This document shows, in pieces, positions 29,876 to 44,280 of a stretch of DNA of 64,000 nucleotides (position 1 is its first letter; every line of letters starts with the position of its first letter). The notes under the pieces were generated by a model. That model was given only the letters and a program-made list of their open reading frames with translations, did no database searches and was not told the origin of the DNA. Where the stretch lies: positions 372,001 through 436,000 of the forward strand of contig NZ_JMCB01000008.1 of assembly GCF_000737315.1 (NCBI RefSeq), given 5' to 3'. Both the position numbers and the translations under genes were made by a program. The stretch comes from Hyalangium minutum (GTDB taxonomy: Bacteria > Myxococcota > Myxococcia > Myxococcales > Myxococcaceae).

Positions 29876-31039
29876 ATGGTAGCGAACGAACAACGGCCCC
29901 ATGCTCGGTGGGCCAGGAAGCTGGTTCTCCTCCTCGTCTCCCTCTCCGCCGCTGGCGGCGGGCTCGGCTGTTCCTCGGAGTCGCGCGCCGCGACGGGGCC
30001 TCCGGCTGTCCCCGTCCTCGTCGAGCAAGTCTCCCGCCGCGACGTTCCTCACTCCCTCCGCGGCATCGGCACCGTCCTGTCGCTTCACAGCGTGGTGGTT
30101 CGCCCCCAGGTGGATGGCCTCCTCACCGAGCTCGCCTTCAAAGAGGGCCAGCTCATCAACAAGGGCGAGCTGCTCGCTCGCATCGATGACCGGGCGATCG
30201 TCGCCGAAGTCGCCCAGGCCCGTGCCGAGAAGGCCCGCAACGAGGCCCTGCTCCACGCCGCGAGGGCCGACCTCGAGCGCTACGGCAACCTCGTGCGCGA
30301 CGAGGCGATCTCACGCCAGACGGCCGACCAACAGAAGGCCCAGGTCGAGCAGCTCGAAGCGACCCTCCTCGCCAACGAGGCGATGGTCGCCGCAGCCCAG
30401 GTCCGCCTGTCGTACACGCGCATCACCTCGCCAGTCACCGGGAGGGTCGGCCTGCGCCGGGTCGACCCTGGCAACGTCGTCCGCACCTCCGACGCCCAGG
30501 GGCTCGTCACCGTCACCCAGATCGATCCCATCGCGGTGCTCTTCTCTCTTCCCCAGGAGGCACTTCCCCGGCTTCAGGCACTGCTGCGCGACACGGCGGG
30601 TGCCCCTGTCATCGCCTTCGATCGCGACGGTGGGACAGCGCTGGCCCAGGGACGCCTGCTGATGATCGACAACCAGATCGATCCCACGACCGGCACCATT
30701 TCCCTCAAGGCGGAGTTCCCGAACGCCGAGGGCAAGCTCTGGCCGGGCCAGTTCGTCACCGTCGAGCTCAAGACGGGAGAGAGCCAGGGGGCGACCGTCG
30801 TCTCGGCCCGCGCTGTCCAGCGAGGACTCCAAGGCCCGTTCGTGTTCCGGGTCGATGATGCCAAAGCCACCGTCGTTCCCGTCACCCTCGGTTACGCGGA
30901 CGAGCAGCTCGCCGTCGTGACGTCCGGAGTATCCCCGGGTGAGACGGTGGTCAGCGATGGCCACTCCCGCCTCAAGGCCGGGAGCGCGGTGAAGATCGCC
31001 CCGCCCAAGGGCGAGACTCCGAAAGGAGCGGCCCCGTGA
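29876..31039 (+). CDS. RND efflux membrane-fusion protein (MdtA-like)
   Basis: VVVRPQVDG, YTRITSPVTGRVG, IDNQIDPTTGT, LWPGQFV. Confidence 0.93.
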   Translation: MVANEQRPHARWARKLVLLLVSLSAAGGGLGCSSESRAATGPPAVPVLVEQVSRRDVPHSLRGIGTVLSLHSVVVRPQVDGLLTELAFKEGQLINKGELLARIDDRAIVAEVAQARAEKARNEALLHAARADLERYGNLVRDEAISRQTADQQKAQVEQLEATLLANEAMVAAAQVRLSYTRITSPVTGRVGLRRVDPGNVVRTSDAQGLVTVTQIDPIAVLFSLPQEALPRLQALLRDTAGAPVIAFDRDGGTALAQGRLLMIDNQIDPTTGTISLKAEFPNAEGKLWPGQFVTVELKTGESQGATVVSARAVQRGLQGPFVFRVDDAKATVVPVTLGYADEQLAVVTSGVSPGETVVSDGHSRLKAGSAVKIAPPKGETPKGAAP

Positions 31040-34000
31040 TTCACTCGCAGCGCAGCCTCTCCAGCTGGTTCGTGGCCCGCCCCGTCGCCACCGCCCTGCT
31101 CACCCTGGGCGTCATCCTGCTGGGCCTCTTCGCCTACCCGCGCCTGCCCATCGCGCCGCTGCCCGAGGCGGAGTTCCCGACGATCCAAATCAGTGCTGGC
31201 CTGCCGGGCGCCAGTGCCGAGACCATGGCTTCCTCCGTGGCCACGCCCCTGGAGGTCCAGCTCAGCGCCATCCCCGGTATCACGGAGATGACGTCCACGA
31301 GCGCCCTGGGGACGACCTCGATCACCCTGCAGTTCGACCTCGAGAAGAGCATCGACACCGCGGCGCAGGAGGTGCAATCCGCCATCAATGCCGCCTCCGG
31401 CCGCCTCCCGTCGGAGATGCCGAACCTGCCCACCTGGCGCAAGGTCAATCCGAACGACAGCCCCATCTTCGTCCTGCGCGTCCAGTCGGACCTGTTGCCG
31501 CTCACGGAGCTGAGCGACATCGCGGAGACGCAGCTCGCGCGGCAGCTCAGCCAGCTCTCCGGCGTCGCCGAGATCGCCATGACCGGCCAGCGGCGCCCCG
31601 CCCTGCGCATCCAGGCCTCGCCCGAGCGGCTGGCGTCCCTGGGCCTGACGCTCGCCGATATCCGGGCGGCGGTGCAGGCCGCGAGCGTCAACCAGGCCAA
31701 GGGTGCCCTCTTCGGCGACACCCGGGTCTCGACGCTCTCGACCAATGACCAGATCTTCCGCCCCGATGACTATGACAACCTCATCGTGGCCTACCGCGAA
31801 GGCGCTCCCGTCCGCCTCGGAGACGTCGCGCGGGTGAGCACGGGCGCGGAGAACGACTACGTCCAGGCCTGGCAGAACGGAAAGCCTGGGCTCAACTTCA
31901 TCGTCCGCCGTCAGCCGGGCGCGAATCTCGTCGAGACCGCCGACCGGATCATCGAAGCCCTCCCGCGGCTCCGGGAGCAGCTGCCCGCCAGCGTCGAGGT
32001 GGACATCCTCAACGACCGCACCCGGACGATCCGGTCCTCGCAGCATGAGGTCCAGGTCACCCTGATGATCACCGTCCTGCTCGTGGTCATCATCATGGGC
32101 CTGTTCCTGCGGCAGGTGTCGGCCACGCTCATCGTCGGCGCGGTGCTCCTGGTGGCCCTGGTGTCAACCTTCGCGGCGATGTACGCGCTCGGGTTCAGCC
32201 TGAACAACCTCACGCTGGTGGCGCTCGTCATCGCCGTCGGCTTCGTCGTGGACGACGCCATCGTCGTGGTGGAGAACATCCACCGGCACCTGGAGGAGGG
32301 AATGAGCTCTCACGAAGCGGCCCTCGCTGGCTCCGCGGAGATCGGCTTCACGGTCATGTCCATCAGCCTGTCGCTGATCGCGGCGTTCATTCCGCTGTTG
32401 TTCATGGGCGGCATCGTCGGGCGCCTGTTCAGAGAGTTCGCCCTGACCATGACAGCGGCCATCCTGCTGTCGGTGGTCGCGTCGCTGACGCTCGCTCCGA
32501 TGCTCGCATCGCGGTTCATGAGGCCCCTGGCTCACCGCCCGAGCAGCGCGAGCCCTGGGTTCTCGCAGCGCCTCGTGAACGGGTATGACCGGACGTTGAG
32601 GTGGGCGCTGGAGCATCAGCGGCTCACCCTGCTCGGCTTCGGGTTGGCCCTGGCTGCCGCCGTCGTCTGCTACGTGTTCATTCCCAAGGGGTTCTTCCCC
32701 GTGCAGGACACGGCCTTCATCCAGGGGACGACCCAGGCGGCGCAGGACGTCTCGTACCAGGACATGATCGCCAAGCACAAAGCACTGGAGCGCATCGTCG
32801 CGGAGGATCCCGCGGTGCAGGAGTACGCGCATGCCGTCGGCGCGACGGGCGGCAGCCAGAGCACCTCCAGCGGCCGCTTCTGGATCGTCCTCAAGGATCG
32901 CTCGGACCGAGACGTCTCGATCACCGAGTTCATCGACCGGCTGCGGCCGAAGCTCGCCCAGGTGCCCGGCATCATGCTCTACCTGCGCCCGGCCCAGGAC
33001 ATCAACCTCGGAGGCGGCCCCTCGCGCGCTCAGTACACGTATGCGATGAAGAGCAGCGATGGCGCCCTGCTGTCCGAGTGGGCGGAGAAGCTCACCTCCC
33101 GGCTCACGCAGTTGCCGCAACTCCGCGACGTGTCGAACGATCAGCAACTGGGCGCCAGCGTCACGCGCCTCACCATCGATCGGGCGGCTGCGGCTCGCTT
33201 TGGCATCTCGGCCCGTGACATCGACCAGACCCTCTATGACGCCTTCGGGCAGCGGCAGGTCAACGAGTACCAGACCGAGGTCAACCAGTACCGGGTGATC
33301 CTCGAGATCGACCCCAAGCAACGAGGCACCTCGCAGAGCCTCGCCTATCTGCACCTCCGCTCCCCCCGCACGGGGGAGGTGGTGCCGCTCTCCGCGGTCG
33401 CGAAGCTCGAGCCCCTCTCGACGGGGCCGCTGTCCATCAGCCACAACGGCATGTTCCCGGCCGTGAACATCTCCTTCAACCTGGCGCCCGGAGCGGCGCT
33501 CGGAGATGCCGTCAAGGCCATCGAACAGGCCGAGGCGGAGCTCGGAATGCCCACCGCCATCTCTCGCAACTTCCAGGGCACCGCGCGCGGCTTCCAAGAG
33601 TCCCTCGCCAGCCAGCCGCTGCTCATCCTCGCCGCGCTCCTGGCCGTCTACATCATCCTCGGCGTCCTCTATGAAAGCTTCGTGCACCCGCTGACCATCT
33701 TGTCCACCCTGCCCTCCGCGGGGCTCGGGGCCATTTTGTTCCTCTGGCTGATGGGCCACGACTTCTCGGTGATGGCGATGATCGGCATCGTGCTCCTCAT
33801 CGGCATCGTGAAGAAGAACGGCATCCTCATGGTCGACTTCGCGCTCGACGCGCAGCGAACGCGGGGGATGTCTCCTCGAGAGGCGATCCACGAGTCCTGT
33901 CTCGTCCGCTTCCGCCCCATCATGATGACGACACTCGCCGCGCTCCTGGGCGGTATTCCCCTCATGCTGGGCTTCGGGACCGGGTCCGAGCTGCGGCAGC

Positions 34001-34158
34001 CGCTCGGCATCGCCATCGTGGGCGGCCTGCTCGTCAGCCAGGTCCTGACGCTCTATTCGACGCCTGTCGTGTACCTGGCGCTCGATCGGCTCTTCAGCCG
34101 CCTGCGGAAGGCGTCTCCCCCGGATCTTCCCAGTCCCTCGAAGCTGGAGGCGACGTGA
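31036..34158 (+). CDS. RND efflux permease (MdtB/MdtC-like)
   Basis: RPVATALL, VVDDAIVVVENI, GIVKKNGILMVDFA, RFRPIMMTT; 1040 aa. Confidence 0.96.
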   Translation: MIHSQRSLSSWFVARPVATALLTLGVILLGLFAYPRLPIAPLPEAEFPTIQISAGLPGASAETMASSVATPLEVQLSAIPGITEMTSTSALGTTSITLQFDLEKSIDTAAQEVQSAINAASGRLPSEMPNLPTWRKVNPNDSPIFVLRVQSDLLPLTELSDIAETQLARQLSQLSGVAEIAMTGQRRPALRIQASPERLASLGLTLADIRAAVQAASVNQAKGALFGDTRVSTLSTNDQIFRPDDYDNLIVAYREGAPVRLGDVARVSTGAENDYVQAWQNGKPGLNFIVRRQPGANLVETADRIIEALPRLREQLPASVEVDILNDRTRTIRSSQHEVQVTLMITVLLVVIIMGLFLRQVSATLIVGAVLLVALVSTFAAMYALGFSLNNLTLVALVIAVGFVVDDAIVVVENIHRHLEEGMSSHEAALAGSAEIGFTVMSISLSLIAAFIPLLFMGGIVGRLFREFALTMTAAILLSVVASLTLAPMLASRFMRPLAHRPSSASPGFSQRLVNGYDRTLRWALEHQRLTLLGFGLALAAAVVCYVFIPKGFFPVQDTAFIQGTTQAAQDVSYQDMIAKHKALERIVAEDPAVQEYAHAVGATGGSQSTSSGRFWIVLKDRSDRDVSITEFIDRLRPKLAQVPGIMLYLRPAQDINLGGGPSRAQYTYAMKSSDGALLSEWAEKLTSRLTQLPQLRDVSNDQQLGASVTRLTIDRAAAARFGISARDIDQTLYDAFGQRQVNEYQTEVNQYRVILEIDPKQRGTSQSLAYLHLRSPRTGEVVPLSAVAKLEPLSTGPLSISHNGMFPAVNISFNLAPGAALGDAVKAIEQAEAELGMPTAISRNFQGTARGFQESLASQPLLILAALLAVYIILGVLYESFVHPLTILSTLPSAGLGAILFLWLMGHDFSVMAMIGIVLLIGIVKKNGILMVDFALDAQRTRGMSPREAIHESCLVRFRPIMMTTLAALLGGIPLMLGFGTGSELRQPLGIAIVGGLLVSQVLTLYSTPVVYLALDRLFSRLRKASPPDLPSPSKLEAT

Positions 34159-35546
34159 CGCGCGCGTCCACGAGTCTTCTTGCCGTGCTGCTCGCCCTCA
34201 CTGGCTGCGCCAGCTCGGCTCCGACGAAGCTGCCTTCCTCCGAGCTCCAGCAAGGCTGGGAGAGCGCTCCGGCCGCGGAGCGAAGCGCGTCGGTCGACGC
34301 GGCGTGGTGGCGGTCCTTCAGCGATCCGGTGCTCGATGAGCTGATGGTCCAGGCCGAGCGCCGGAACCTGGACCTTCGCATCGCCGAGGCTCGAATCCGC
34401 GAGGCCCGGGCGCTGCGCCAGGGCGCGCGGGCGGAGCTGTTCCCTCAGATCAATGGCACCGCTGGGATTGGCTACGGCCGGACTGCGTTGGCCAACGAAG
34501 AGCGGATCTCCGCTTCGATCGGCGCCGAGGCCAGCTGGGAGGCCGACATCTTCGGGCGTCTGCGCAAGACGGCCAACGCCGCGGACGCGGACTGGGCAGC
34601 GACCGTGGCCGAGCGCGACGGCGTGCGACTGTCGCTGGCCGCCGAGGTGGCCCAGGCCTATCTGGAATATCGCCTCTACCGCACCCAGACCACCATCGCC
34701 GGGGCCAACACGAAGGCCGCGGAGGAGACCCTTCGGATTGCCCAGGCCCGGTTTGCGCAGGGCGTCTCCAGCCGGCTCGACGTCGAGCGCACGCTGAGCT
34801 CTCTGTCCGAGACGCGCGCCCGCGCCGCTCAGCTCGCGGAGCTGGCCGAGTCCTCGCGCCACCGGCTCGTGCTGCTGCTCGCCACGACCCCGGCGGAGCT
34901 GGCAGCCGTCCTACCGGAGACGGGGGCGCTCCCGAGTGCCAACGCGCTCGGTGTCCTCCTCACCCCCACCGAGGTCATCGGCCTGCGGCCCGACGTGCGT
35001 GTGGCCGAGGCCCGGCTGCTCGCGGCCATCTCCCGGCGGGAAGCGGCTGAAGCCCTGCGGTATCCCCGAATCACCCTGGGCAGCATGCTTGGTCTTCAGA
35101 GTGGCAACGAGGCGTCGGCCTTGCTGTCCGGAGGCTCCCTGATCTGGTCGATCGGTGCGAATCTGCTCGCGCCGTTGCTCGACTTTGGCCGCATTCGGGC
35201 CACAATCGACGCCGCGGACGCGAGACAGGAGCAGGCCTATCTGAGCTACGAGCTGACCGCGCGCACCGGACTCCAGGAGGTCCAGACGGCGCTCATCCTT
35301 TATACCCAGGGAGAGATCCGGCGCACCGAGCTCACCGCCGCCACGGACTCGGCTCGCAAGGCCGCGGCGCTCGCTCGCCGTCAGTACGCGGAGGGGGCCC
35401 TCTCGCTGTTGGAGGTCCTCGACGCCGAGCGCACCCTCTATGCCCTCGAGCTGCAGGCGGCCCAGGCGACGGCCGAAGTGTCCCTCCGCCTCGTGCGCCT
35501 CTACCAGACCATGGGTCTCATGCCCCCGAAGCAGGAGCCGGCATGA
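34155..35546 (+). CDS. Outer-membrane efflux factor lipoprotein (NodT/TolC family)
   Basis: LTGCASS lipobox; [34 protein letters not shown]. Confidence 0.93.
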   Translation: MTRASTSLLAVLLALTGCASSAPTKLPSSELQQGWESAPAAERSASVDAAWWRSFSDPVLDELMVQAERRNLDLRIAEARIREARALRQGARAELFPQINGTAGIGYGRTALANEERISASIGAEASWEADIFGRLRKTANAADADWAATVAERDGVRLSLAAEVAQAYLEYRLYRTQTTIAGANTKAAEETLRIAQARFAQGVSSRLDVERTLSSLSETRARAAQLAELAESSRHRLVLLLATTPAELAAVLPETGALPSANALGVLLTPTEVIGLRPDVRVAEARLLAAISRREAAEALRYPRITLGSMLGLQSGNEASALLSGGSLIWSIGANLLAPLLDFGRIRATIDAADARQEQAYLSYELTARTGLQEVQTALILYTQGEIRRTELTAATDSARKAAALARRQYAEGALSLLEVLDAERTLYALELQAAQATAEVSLRLVRLYQTMGLMPPKQEPA

Positions 35547-36229
35547 AGATCCTCATCGTCGAGGACGAGTCGAAGACGGCCGAGTACCTGCATCGAGGCC
35601 TCAACGAGCAGGGCTACACGGTGGACGTGGCTCGGACAGGAACGGATGGGCACGCCCTGGCCTTGGAGCACGACTATGACGTCATCGTCCTCGACGTGAT
35701 GCTCCCGGAGATGAATGGCTTCGAAGTGCTCCGGGCCATCCGCGCTCGCAAGCAGACGCCGGTCGTCATGCTCACCGCGCGAGACAGGGTCGACGACCGG
35801 GTCCACGGGCTGCGGGAGGGCGCAGACGACTACCTCGTGAAGCCGTTCTCCTTTCTCGAGCTCGTCGCGCGCCTGCAGGCGGTGACCCGGCGGGGCCGCG
35901 CCCACGAGTCGACGCAGCTCCGGATTGGAGACCTCGAGATCGATCTCCTCAGCCGGAAGGCGTACCGGGCTGGCGGGCGGCTCGAGCTGACAGCGAAGGA
36001 GTTTGCCCTACTGGCCTTGCTCGCCCGGCGCGAAGGGCAGATCCTGTCGAAGACCGTGATCGCCGAGCAGGTCTGGGACATGAACTTCGACAGCAACACG
36101 AACGTCGTCGAGGTCGCCATCAAGCGCCTGCGAGCAAAGGTCGACGGGCCCCATGAGCGCAAGCTGCTCCACACCATCCGCGGCATGGGGTACGTGCTCG
36201 AGGCGCGCGAGGACGGGGCGTCACCATGA
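35543..36229 (+). CDS. Heavy-metal-type response regulator (OmpR family, CusR/IrlR-like)
   Basis: [36 protein letters not shown]. Confidence 0.93.
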   Translation: MKILIVEDESKTAEYLHRGLNEQGYTVDVARTGTDGHALALEHDYDVIVLDVMLPEMNGFEVLRAIRARKQTPVVMLTARDRVDDRVHGLREGADDYLVKPFSFLELVARLQAVTRRGRAHESTQLRIGDLEIDLLSRKAYRAGGRLELTAKEFALLALLARREGQILSKTVIAEQVWDMNFDSNTNVVEVAIKRLRAKVDGPHERKLLHTIRGMGYVLEAREDGASP

Positions 36230-37617
36230 GGGCCTCGATCGCCACGCGGCTGGCCGTGATGTTCGCGGTGGCCTCGCTCGGAGTCTTCTCGCTGGTGGGC
36301 ATCGGGCTGCAGCGCGTGCTCCACCGGGAGCTCGTCCACCACCAGCTCCGCGAGGTGAACACCCGGCTCGAGTACGCGGGCATGGTGGTCGCCCGGAACG
36401 AGAGTCTGGAGCGGTGGCAGACAGTGCGCGCGAAGCTGGAGGCCATCACGCCACTCGATGGCAGCGTGCGCTTCTGGGTCGTGGGCCCTGACACCCGCTT
36501 CGAGTACGGAGACGCGCCCTCAGCACTCCGCGAGCGGCTGAGCACCCGCGGCGCGACCGGGCCGTTCGAGTTCGAGCTGCAGGGGCACGCGATGCGGGCG
36601 GCCTCACGCGCCATCGCCCCCCATGGTGAGCGCCCCACGGTCCACGTCATCACGGCGGTCGATTCGACGCGGTTCAACGACACGCTGAACTCCTTCGCCG
36701 GGGCGCTCGTCGCGCTCTGCCTCGCGGGGGCCGCGCTCGTCACACTCCTTGGCCATCGCATCGCCAAGGTGGGGCTCGCGCCGGTGAGCAGCCTGTCTCA
36801 GGAGGCCCAGTCCCTCAGTCCGAAGGATCTGTCCCAGCGGCTGCGGCTCTCTCCCCTCCCTCGGGAGCTGGCCGACCTGGTCTCCTCGTTCAACGGGGCG
36901 CTCGACCGGCTGGAGCGCGCTTACGCCCAGCTCGAGGGATTCAATGCCGATGTGGCCCACGAGCTGCGCACGCCGCTGACCAATCTCATCGGCCAGACGC
37001 AGGTCGCCCTGGCCAAGGAGCGGACCGCCTCGCAGCTCGAGGAGGTGCTGCAATCGAACCTCGAGGAACTCGACCGCCTGCGGGCGATCGTCAACGACAT
37101 GCTCTTCCTCGCCCGCGCGGATCAGGGAGAGAAGGCGCTCGACCGGGTCCACACGTCGGCCGCGGAGGAGGTCTCGAAGACCGTCGAGTTCTTCGATGCC
37201 CTCCTCGACGAGGCGGGCGTCTCGGTGCGAGTGGAGGGAGATGCCCAGGCGTCTTTCGAGCGCTCCCTGTTCCGGCGAGCCGCCAGCAACCTGCTGCTCA
37301 ACGCCATCGAGCACTCCGACCGCGGCGCCGAGGTCGTCGTGGCCATCACGCGGCAGCAAGCCGAGGTGCGCGTCGCCGTCACCAACCCCGGCACTCCGAT
37401 TCCGGAGCAGCACCTGGAGCGGTTGTTCGATCGGTTCTACCGGGTCGACGGCGCACGCCGGAACAGCCGCGACAACCACGGCCTGGGCCTGTCGATCGTC
37501 AAAGCGGTAGCCAAGATGCACGGGGGCGCCGTCTTCGCGATGAGCACGGGAGGCCGCAACACGGTCGGCTTCACGCTCCAGGACACCGCCGCCAGCCCTG
37601 GCGCCACTCCCGCTTGA
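36226..37617 (+). CDS. Heavy-metal-type sensor histidine kinase (CusS/IrlS-like)
   Basis: HAMP domain; [11 protein letters not shown]-box; FDRFYR and GLGLSIV G-boxes. Confidence 0.93.
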   Translation: MRASIATRLAVMFAVASLGVFSLVGIGLQRVLHRELVHHQLREVNTRLEYAGMVVARNESLERWQTVRAKLEAITPLDGSVRFWVVGPDTRFEYGDAPSALRERLSTRGATGPFEFELQGHAMRAASRAIAPHGERPTVHVITAVDSTRFNDTLNSFAGALVALCLAGAALVTLLGHRIAKVGLAPVSSLSQEAQSLSPKDLSQRLRLSPLPRELADLVSSFNGALDRLERAYAQLEGFNADVAHELRTPLTNLIGQTQVALAKERTASQLEEVLQSNLEELDRLRAIVNDMLFLARADQGEKALDRVHTSAAEEVSKTVEFFDALLDEAGVSVRVEGDAQASFERSLFRRAASNLLLNAIEHSDRGAEVVVAITRQQAEVRVAVTNPGTPIPEQHLERLFDRFYRVDGARRNSRDNHGLGLSIVKAVAKMHGGAVFAMSTGGRNTVGFTLQDTAASPGATPA

Positions 37618-37623
37618 GAGACC

Positions 37624-40980
<3,357 letters not shown>

Positions 40981-41081
40981 GGATGCGCTCCCGGAGGTTC
41001 CGGGTCCTCGATGAAGGAGCGCTTTTTACGACAGGGCACCGCTGAAGCGGAACCCTCCCGGAATGGGAGGAGCCCCCCGCG

Positions 41082-42650
41082 TCACTTCAGGGGCAGCGAC
41101 ACATAGGACGGGCTGCTCGACGACGAGGAGAGCTTCACCGAGGAGAAGGCCGGCGCCTTGTCCGCATAGAGTGGATCGGCGGTGTCGACGACCAGCGAGA
41201 GGCGGTGGCCGATGGGAACGTCATAGGCCGTCGCCGGGAAGTCCACGTCCACAGCATAGGGCTGGCCGGCCACGGCGTTGCGGAGCGTGACGGCGACGTG
41301 CGTGATGAGGCTCCCCGTCCCGGCCCAGTCCGTGTCGTAGAGATAGGCGATGACCGTCGTCTGTCCGGAGCTGCCCGGCGTCACGGTCAGGCGCAGGTGC
41401 GGGGCGCCGCGCACGCGCTGCGGGCTCGACAGCCAGTCCGACTGCCACACGGCCCCGTTCAGCCGGTCCACCGCCGGAATCCACGCGGAGATCGGCTCCC
41501 CCGTGATGGCCTCCGCGCCGTTCGTCAGCAGCGCGACGCCGCCGTTGGCCACGGTGTCTCCCGCGACGAGCGTCTTGTTCCAGGCCGCCTGCGAGCCCGC
41601 CGTGAGGTCGCCCTCGTTGCTCCACCAGTGCACCTCGCTCAGGTTGTAGCGCGCAGTGCTCGTCGAGATGGCGCTCCACGAAGGGAACGACTCATAGGTG
41701 CTCTGGCCCCGGAGCTGGAGCTGAACCGGGTTCTCCGTGGCGATGCCCGTGTTCACGCCGCGCAGGTACTGGTCGAACCAGCGGCGCGTGCTCGTCCAGG
41801 CGTCATTGGGCAGTCCGAGGATTCCGGTCAGCTCGGGGATGGCATGGTCCCCTGGGCGCAGCTCGAGCCGCTTCGGCCCCGCCAGCTGGGTGAAGAAGCC
41901 CGTGAGCTGATTGGGGCCGAAGAAGCTGTCGCCGTAGGCGTTGCCCAGGAGGATGGCCGGACGGTTCGCGTTGAGGCGATCCAGGTACGTCGCGGCGCTG
42001 CGGACCTGGGCGTAGGCGATGACGCTGTCCAGGTTCTGGTTGGCGAAGAAGTTCGAGAGGGCTTGCTGTAGCTCCGCCGAGGGCTTCCCGGTCAGCTCCG
42101 CCGAGAGCCCCAGCAGCCCGGCACTCTGCAGGTGGCGCGTCTGGTGCGAGAACAACGAGTACGGCAGATCCGTCCAGCAGCTCAGCGCGGCGACGGCGCG
42201 AATGCGCGAGTCAAAGGCCGCGCCGATCAACGACATGCCCGCGCCATAGGAGACACCCGCCGCGCCGATGCGCGCTGGATCCGAGGGCGTCTGGGCCAGC
42301 GTCCAATCGATGACCTGGCTCAGGTCCGCGATGTCCTTGGGGCCCGCCGTCTCGATGAAGCCCCCCGAGGTGTAGAAGCCTCGCGGGGTGTACGAGACCA
42401 CCACGTACCCTGCATCCGCGAACTTCTGCGCCTGCACGAAGTACTCCACGCTGGGCAGCGCCCAGCTGGTAATGAAGAGGATGGCCGGGTACCGCCCCGG
42501 AGTGTCGGGCGTGAAGACGTTGCCCTTCAGCGTCACTCCATCTCGCATGGTGAGGTCGACGATGCGGAAGGACGAGGACGCGAATGCGGGACTGGCGGCA
42601 ATGCACAGGGACACAACGACAGACACAGCGATGGCACGTAACCAGGACAA
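41082..42650 (-). CDS. Secreted CocE/NonD-family (S15) hydrolase
   Basis: MRDGVTLKG, GVSYGAG nucleophile, C-terminal PepX-like domain; TTG start after GAGG. Confidence 0.85.
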   Translation of the reverse strand: MSWLRAIAVSVVVSLCIAASPAFASSSFRIVDLTMRDGVTLKGNVFTPDTPGRYPAILFITSWALPSVEYFVQAQKFADAGYVVVSYTPRGFYTSGGFIETAGPKDIADLSQVIDWTLAQTPSDPARIGAAGVSYGAGMSLIGAAFDSRIRAVAALSCWTDLPYSLFSHQTRHLQSAGLLGLSAELTGKPSAELQQALSNFFANQNLDSVIAYAQVRSAATYLDRLNANRPAILLGNAYGDSFFGPNQLTGFFTQLAGPKRLELRPGDHAIPELTGILGLPNDAWTSTRRWFDQYLRGVNTGIATENPVQLQLRGQSTYESFPSWSAISTSTARYNLSEVHWWSNEGDLTAGSQAAWNKTLVAGDTVANGGVALLTNGAEAITGEPISAWIPAVDRLNGAVWQSDWLSSPQRVRGAPHLRLTVTPGSSGQTTVIAYLYDTDWAGTGSLITHVAVTLRNAVAGQPYAVDVDFPATAYDVPIGHRLSLVVDTADPLYADKAPAFSSVKLSSSSSSPSYVSLPLK

Positions 42651-42842
42651 GTCTCACCTCCGGTGAGAGGGGTTGAAGGGGCACTGCATTTCCTGCTGTC
42701 GATTCGGGCCGCCGGATGAGCACTTCCACTCCGGGTGGCTTCCAGGGTTGGCGGGGCAACTTCACAGAGAGTGCTCGTGTGTCAGGCCCCGGGGGTTTGC
42801 CTCCGTAGGTGCTCTTTCGATACGAAAGAGAGGGAGGGTGAC

Positions 42843-43349
42843 ATGACGTTCAGACTTCGTGAAGGCCTGAGGCTGCTCCTCGCCGCGACCCTGTTCTCCG
42901 CGCCAGCGATGGGCCAGGAGGCGGACGACGGGGACGACGAGTCCGAGGTAATCCTCGATGGCGTGAGCGATGTCGCCCAGGACCTGGTTCAGGAGGGTGT
43001 GGAGCGGTCGCTGGAGAATCACCCCGAGCGGGCCCTCCCCCCGCCCCCTCCACCTCGCGTCATGGTGAAGCCGGGAACGGCGGGCAGCGGGCTTCAGGGC
43101 ACGGCAGGCCTTGGCGACGATGCGCTGCACACCGTCCCCGTGGGTTCGTTCGCGGATGATGTGGCGCATGCCGTTCCCGTGGGCTCGTTCGCGGACGACG
43201 CGGTGCGTGCCGGTTCCGGCATGGCCTCCGTCGCGGATGACGCGGCCCGCGTGGCGGGCGGTGGTTGCATCAAGGCCATCGGTGGGGTGTTCGCGGCCCT
43301 GGGCGCCCTGCTCGCGAAGCTCTTCGGTGGCGGCAAGAAGGAAGAGTAA
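42843..43349 (+). CDS. Hypothetical secreted protein with short ADD repeats
   Basis: GGAG RBS, signal ..SAPAMG; two VPVGSFADD repeats; amphipathic C-terminal helix. Confidence 0.65.
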   Translation: MTFRLREGLRLLLAATLFSAPAMGQEADDGDDESEVILDGVSDVAQDLVQEGVERSLENHPERALPPPPPPRVMVKPGTAGSGLQGTAGLGDDALHTVPVGSFADDVAHAVPVGSFADDAVRAGSGMASVADDAARVAGGGCIKAIGGVFAALGALLAKLFGGGKKEE

Positions 43350-43351
43350 GG

Positions 43352-43726
43352 CGCGGCAACGGAGCGTCCATCACCTTGGACTCGACAATGGTTCAGCGCG
43401 CGGTCTGGGGCGAGACCCTGCAGCGCGCCATCGATCCGGGCACGCAGCAGAGCATCTGTGAACTCTTCCCCAGTGGGCAGCCCACGCCGGACTGCCCCAC
43501 CCCCGAGTCCACGGATGGGGGTACTGCCACGGATGCAGGCACCGTCGCGGATGCGGGTACCATTGCAGACGCAGGCACGGGAGCGGATGCCGGAACGCCC
43601 GGAGACGGCGACGAGCCTCACGAGGAGCCACCGCCTCCCGAGAAGTCGGGCTGCGGAGCCACCTCGGCGGCTCCCCTGCTCGGGGCGCTCGTGCTGCTGC
43701 TGGGGCTGCGCAGAAGGATGTCCTAA
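43352..43726 (+). pseudogene. 3' remnant of a MYXO-CTERM protein, probably a matrixin-type metalloprotease
   Basis: STMVQRAVWGETLQRAIDPGTQQSICELFP, DAG-rich linker, KSGCGA...LLLGLRRR sorting signal; no signal peptide or HExxH upstream. Confidence 0.6.
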
Positions 43727-44280
43727 GAGGCTCGCGCACGCATCCGGTTGTTCTTGGGCTGGTGCTCGACCTCGGCGAGCCCGAGCGCCTCGAGCACAGG
43801 GGGCACGTACACGCCGAAGCGGCCGCGGAGGCCCTTCTTGAGGCCATACCAGCCACCCACGGGATTCTTCGGCGAGCGGCCCCACGCCTCCACGGTCCCC
43901 TCGGCGGCGGGCTTCTGCTCGTCCGCGCCCCCCAGCGAGAGCCAGTCGCCATGGCGGACGAGCATCGCGTGCAGGTCCTCGATGCTGCGGAGGTGGTAGC
44001 GCAGCTCGGTTTTCCCCACGCGCACCACGAGAGCGGGCGGGTCCAGCGTCTCGTCGCGGAAGGCCTCGAACTCCGACGTCCCAGGGGGAGTCTTGAGCTT
44101 CCAGGGCTGCTCACGCGTCCCGAGGCCACCGGCGCCCGCAGCCTGCTTCTTCGCTTCGGGCTTCTTTGCTGGAGTCTTCTTCGCTGGAGCCTTCTTCGCC
44201 GGGGCCTTCTTCGCCGGAGCCTTGGTGGCCGGGGCCTTCTTCACCGAGGACTTCTTCGCTGCGGGCTTCTTGGCTGCCAT
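43723..44280 (-). CDS. DUF6855-like protein with a histone-H1-like KKAPA N-terminal tail
   Basis: PWKLKTPPG...GWYGLKKGLRGRFG...NNRMRA recalled as DUF6855; repeated AKKAP. Confidence 0.75.
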   Translation of the reverse strand: MAAKKPAAKKSSVKKAPATKAPAKKAPAKKAPAKKTPAKKPEAKKQAAGAGGLGTREQPWKLKTPPGTSEFEAFRDETLDPPALVVRVGKTELRYHLRSIEDLHAMLVRHGDWLSLGGADEQKPAAEGTVEAWGRSPKNPVGGWYGLKKGLRGRFGVYVPPVLEALGLAEVEHQPKNNRMRARAS

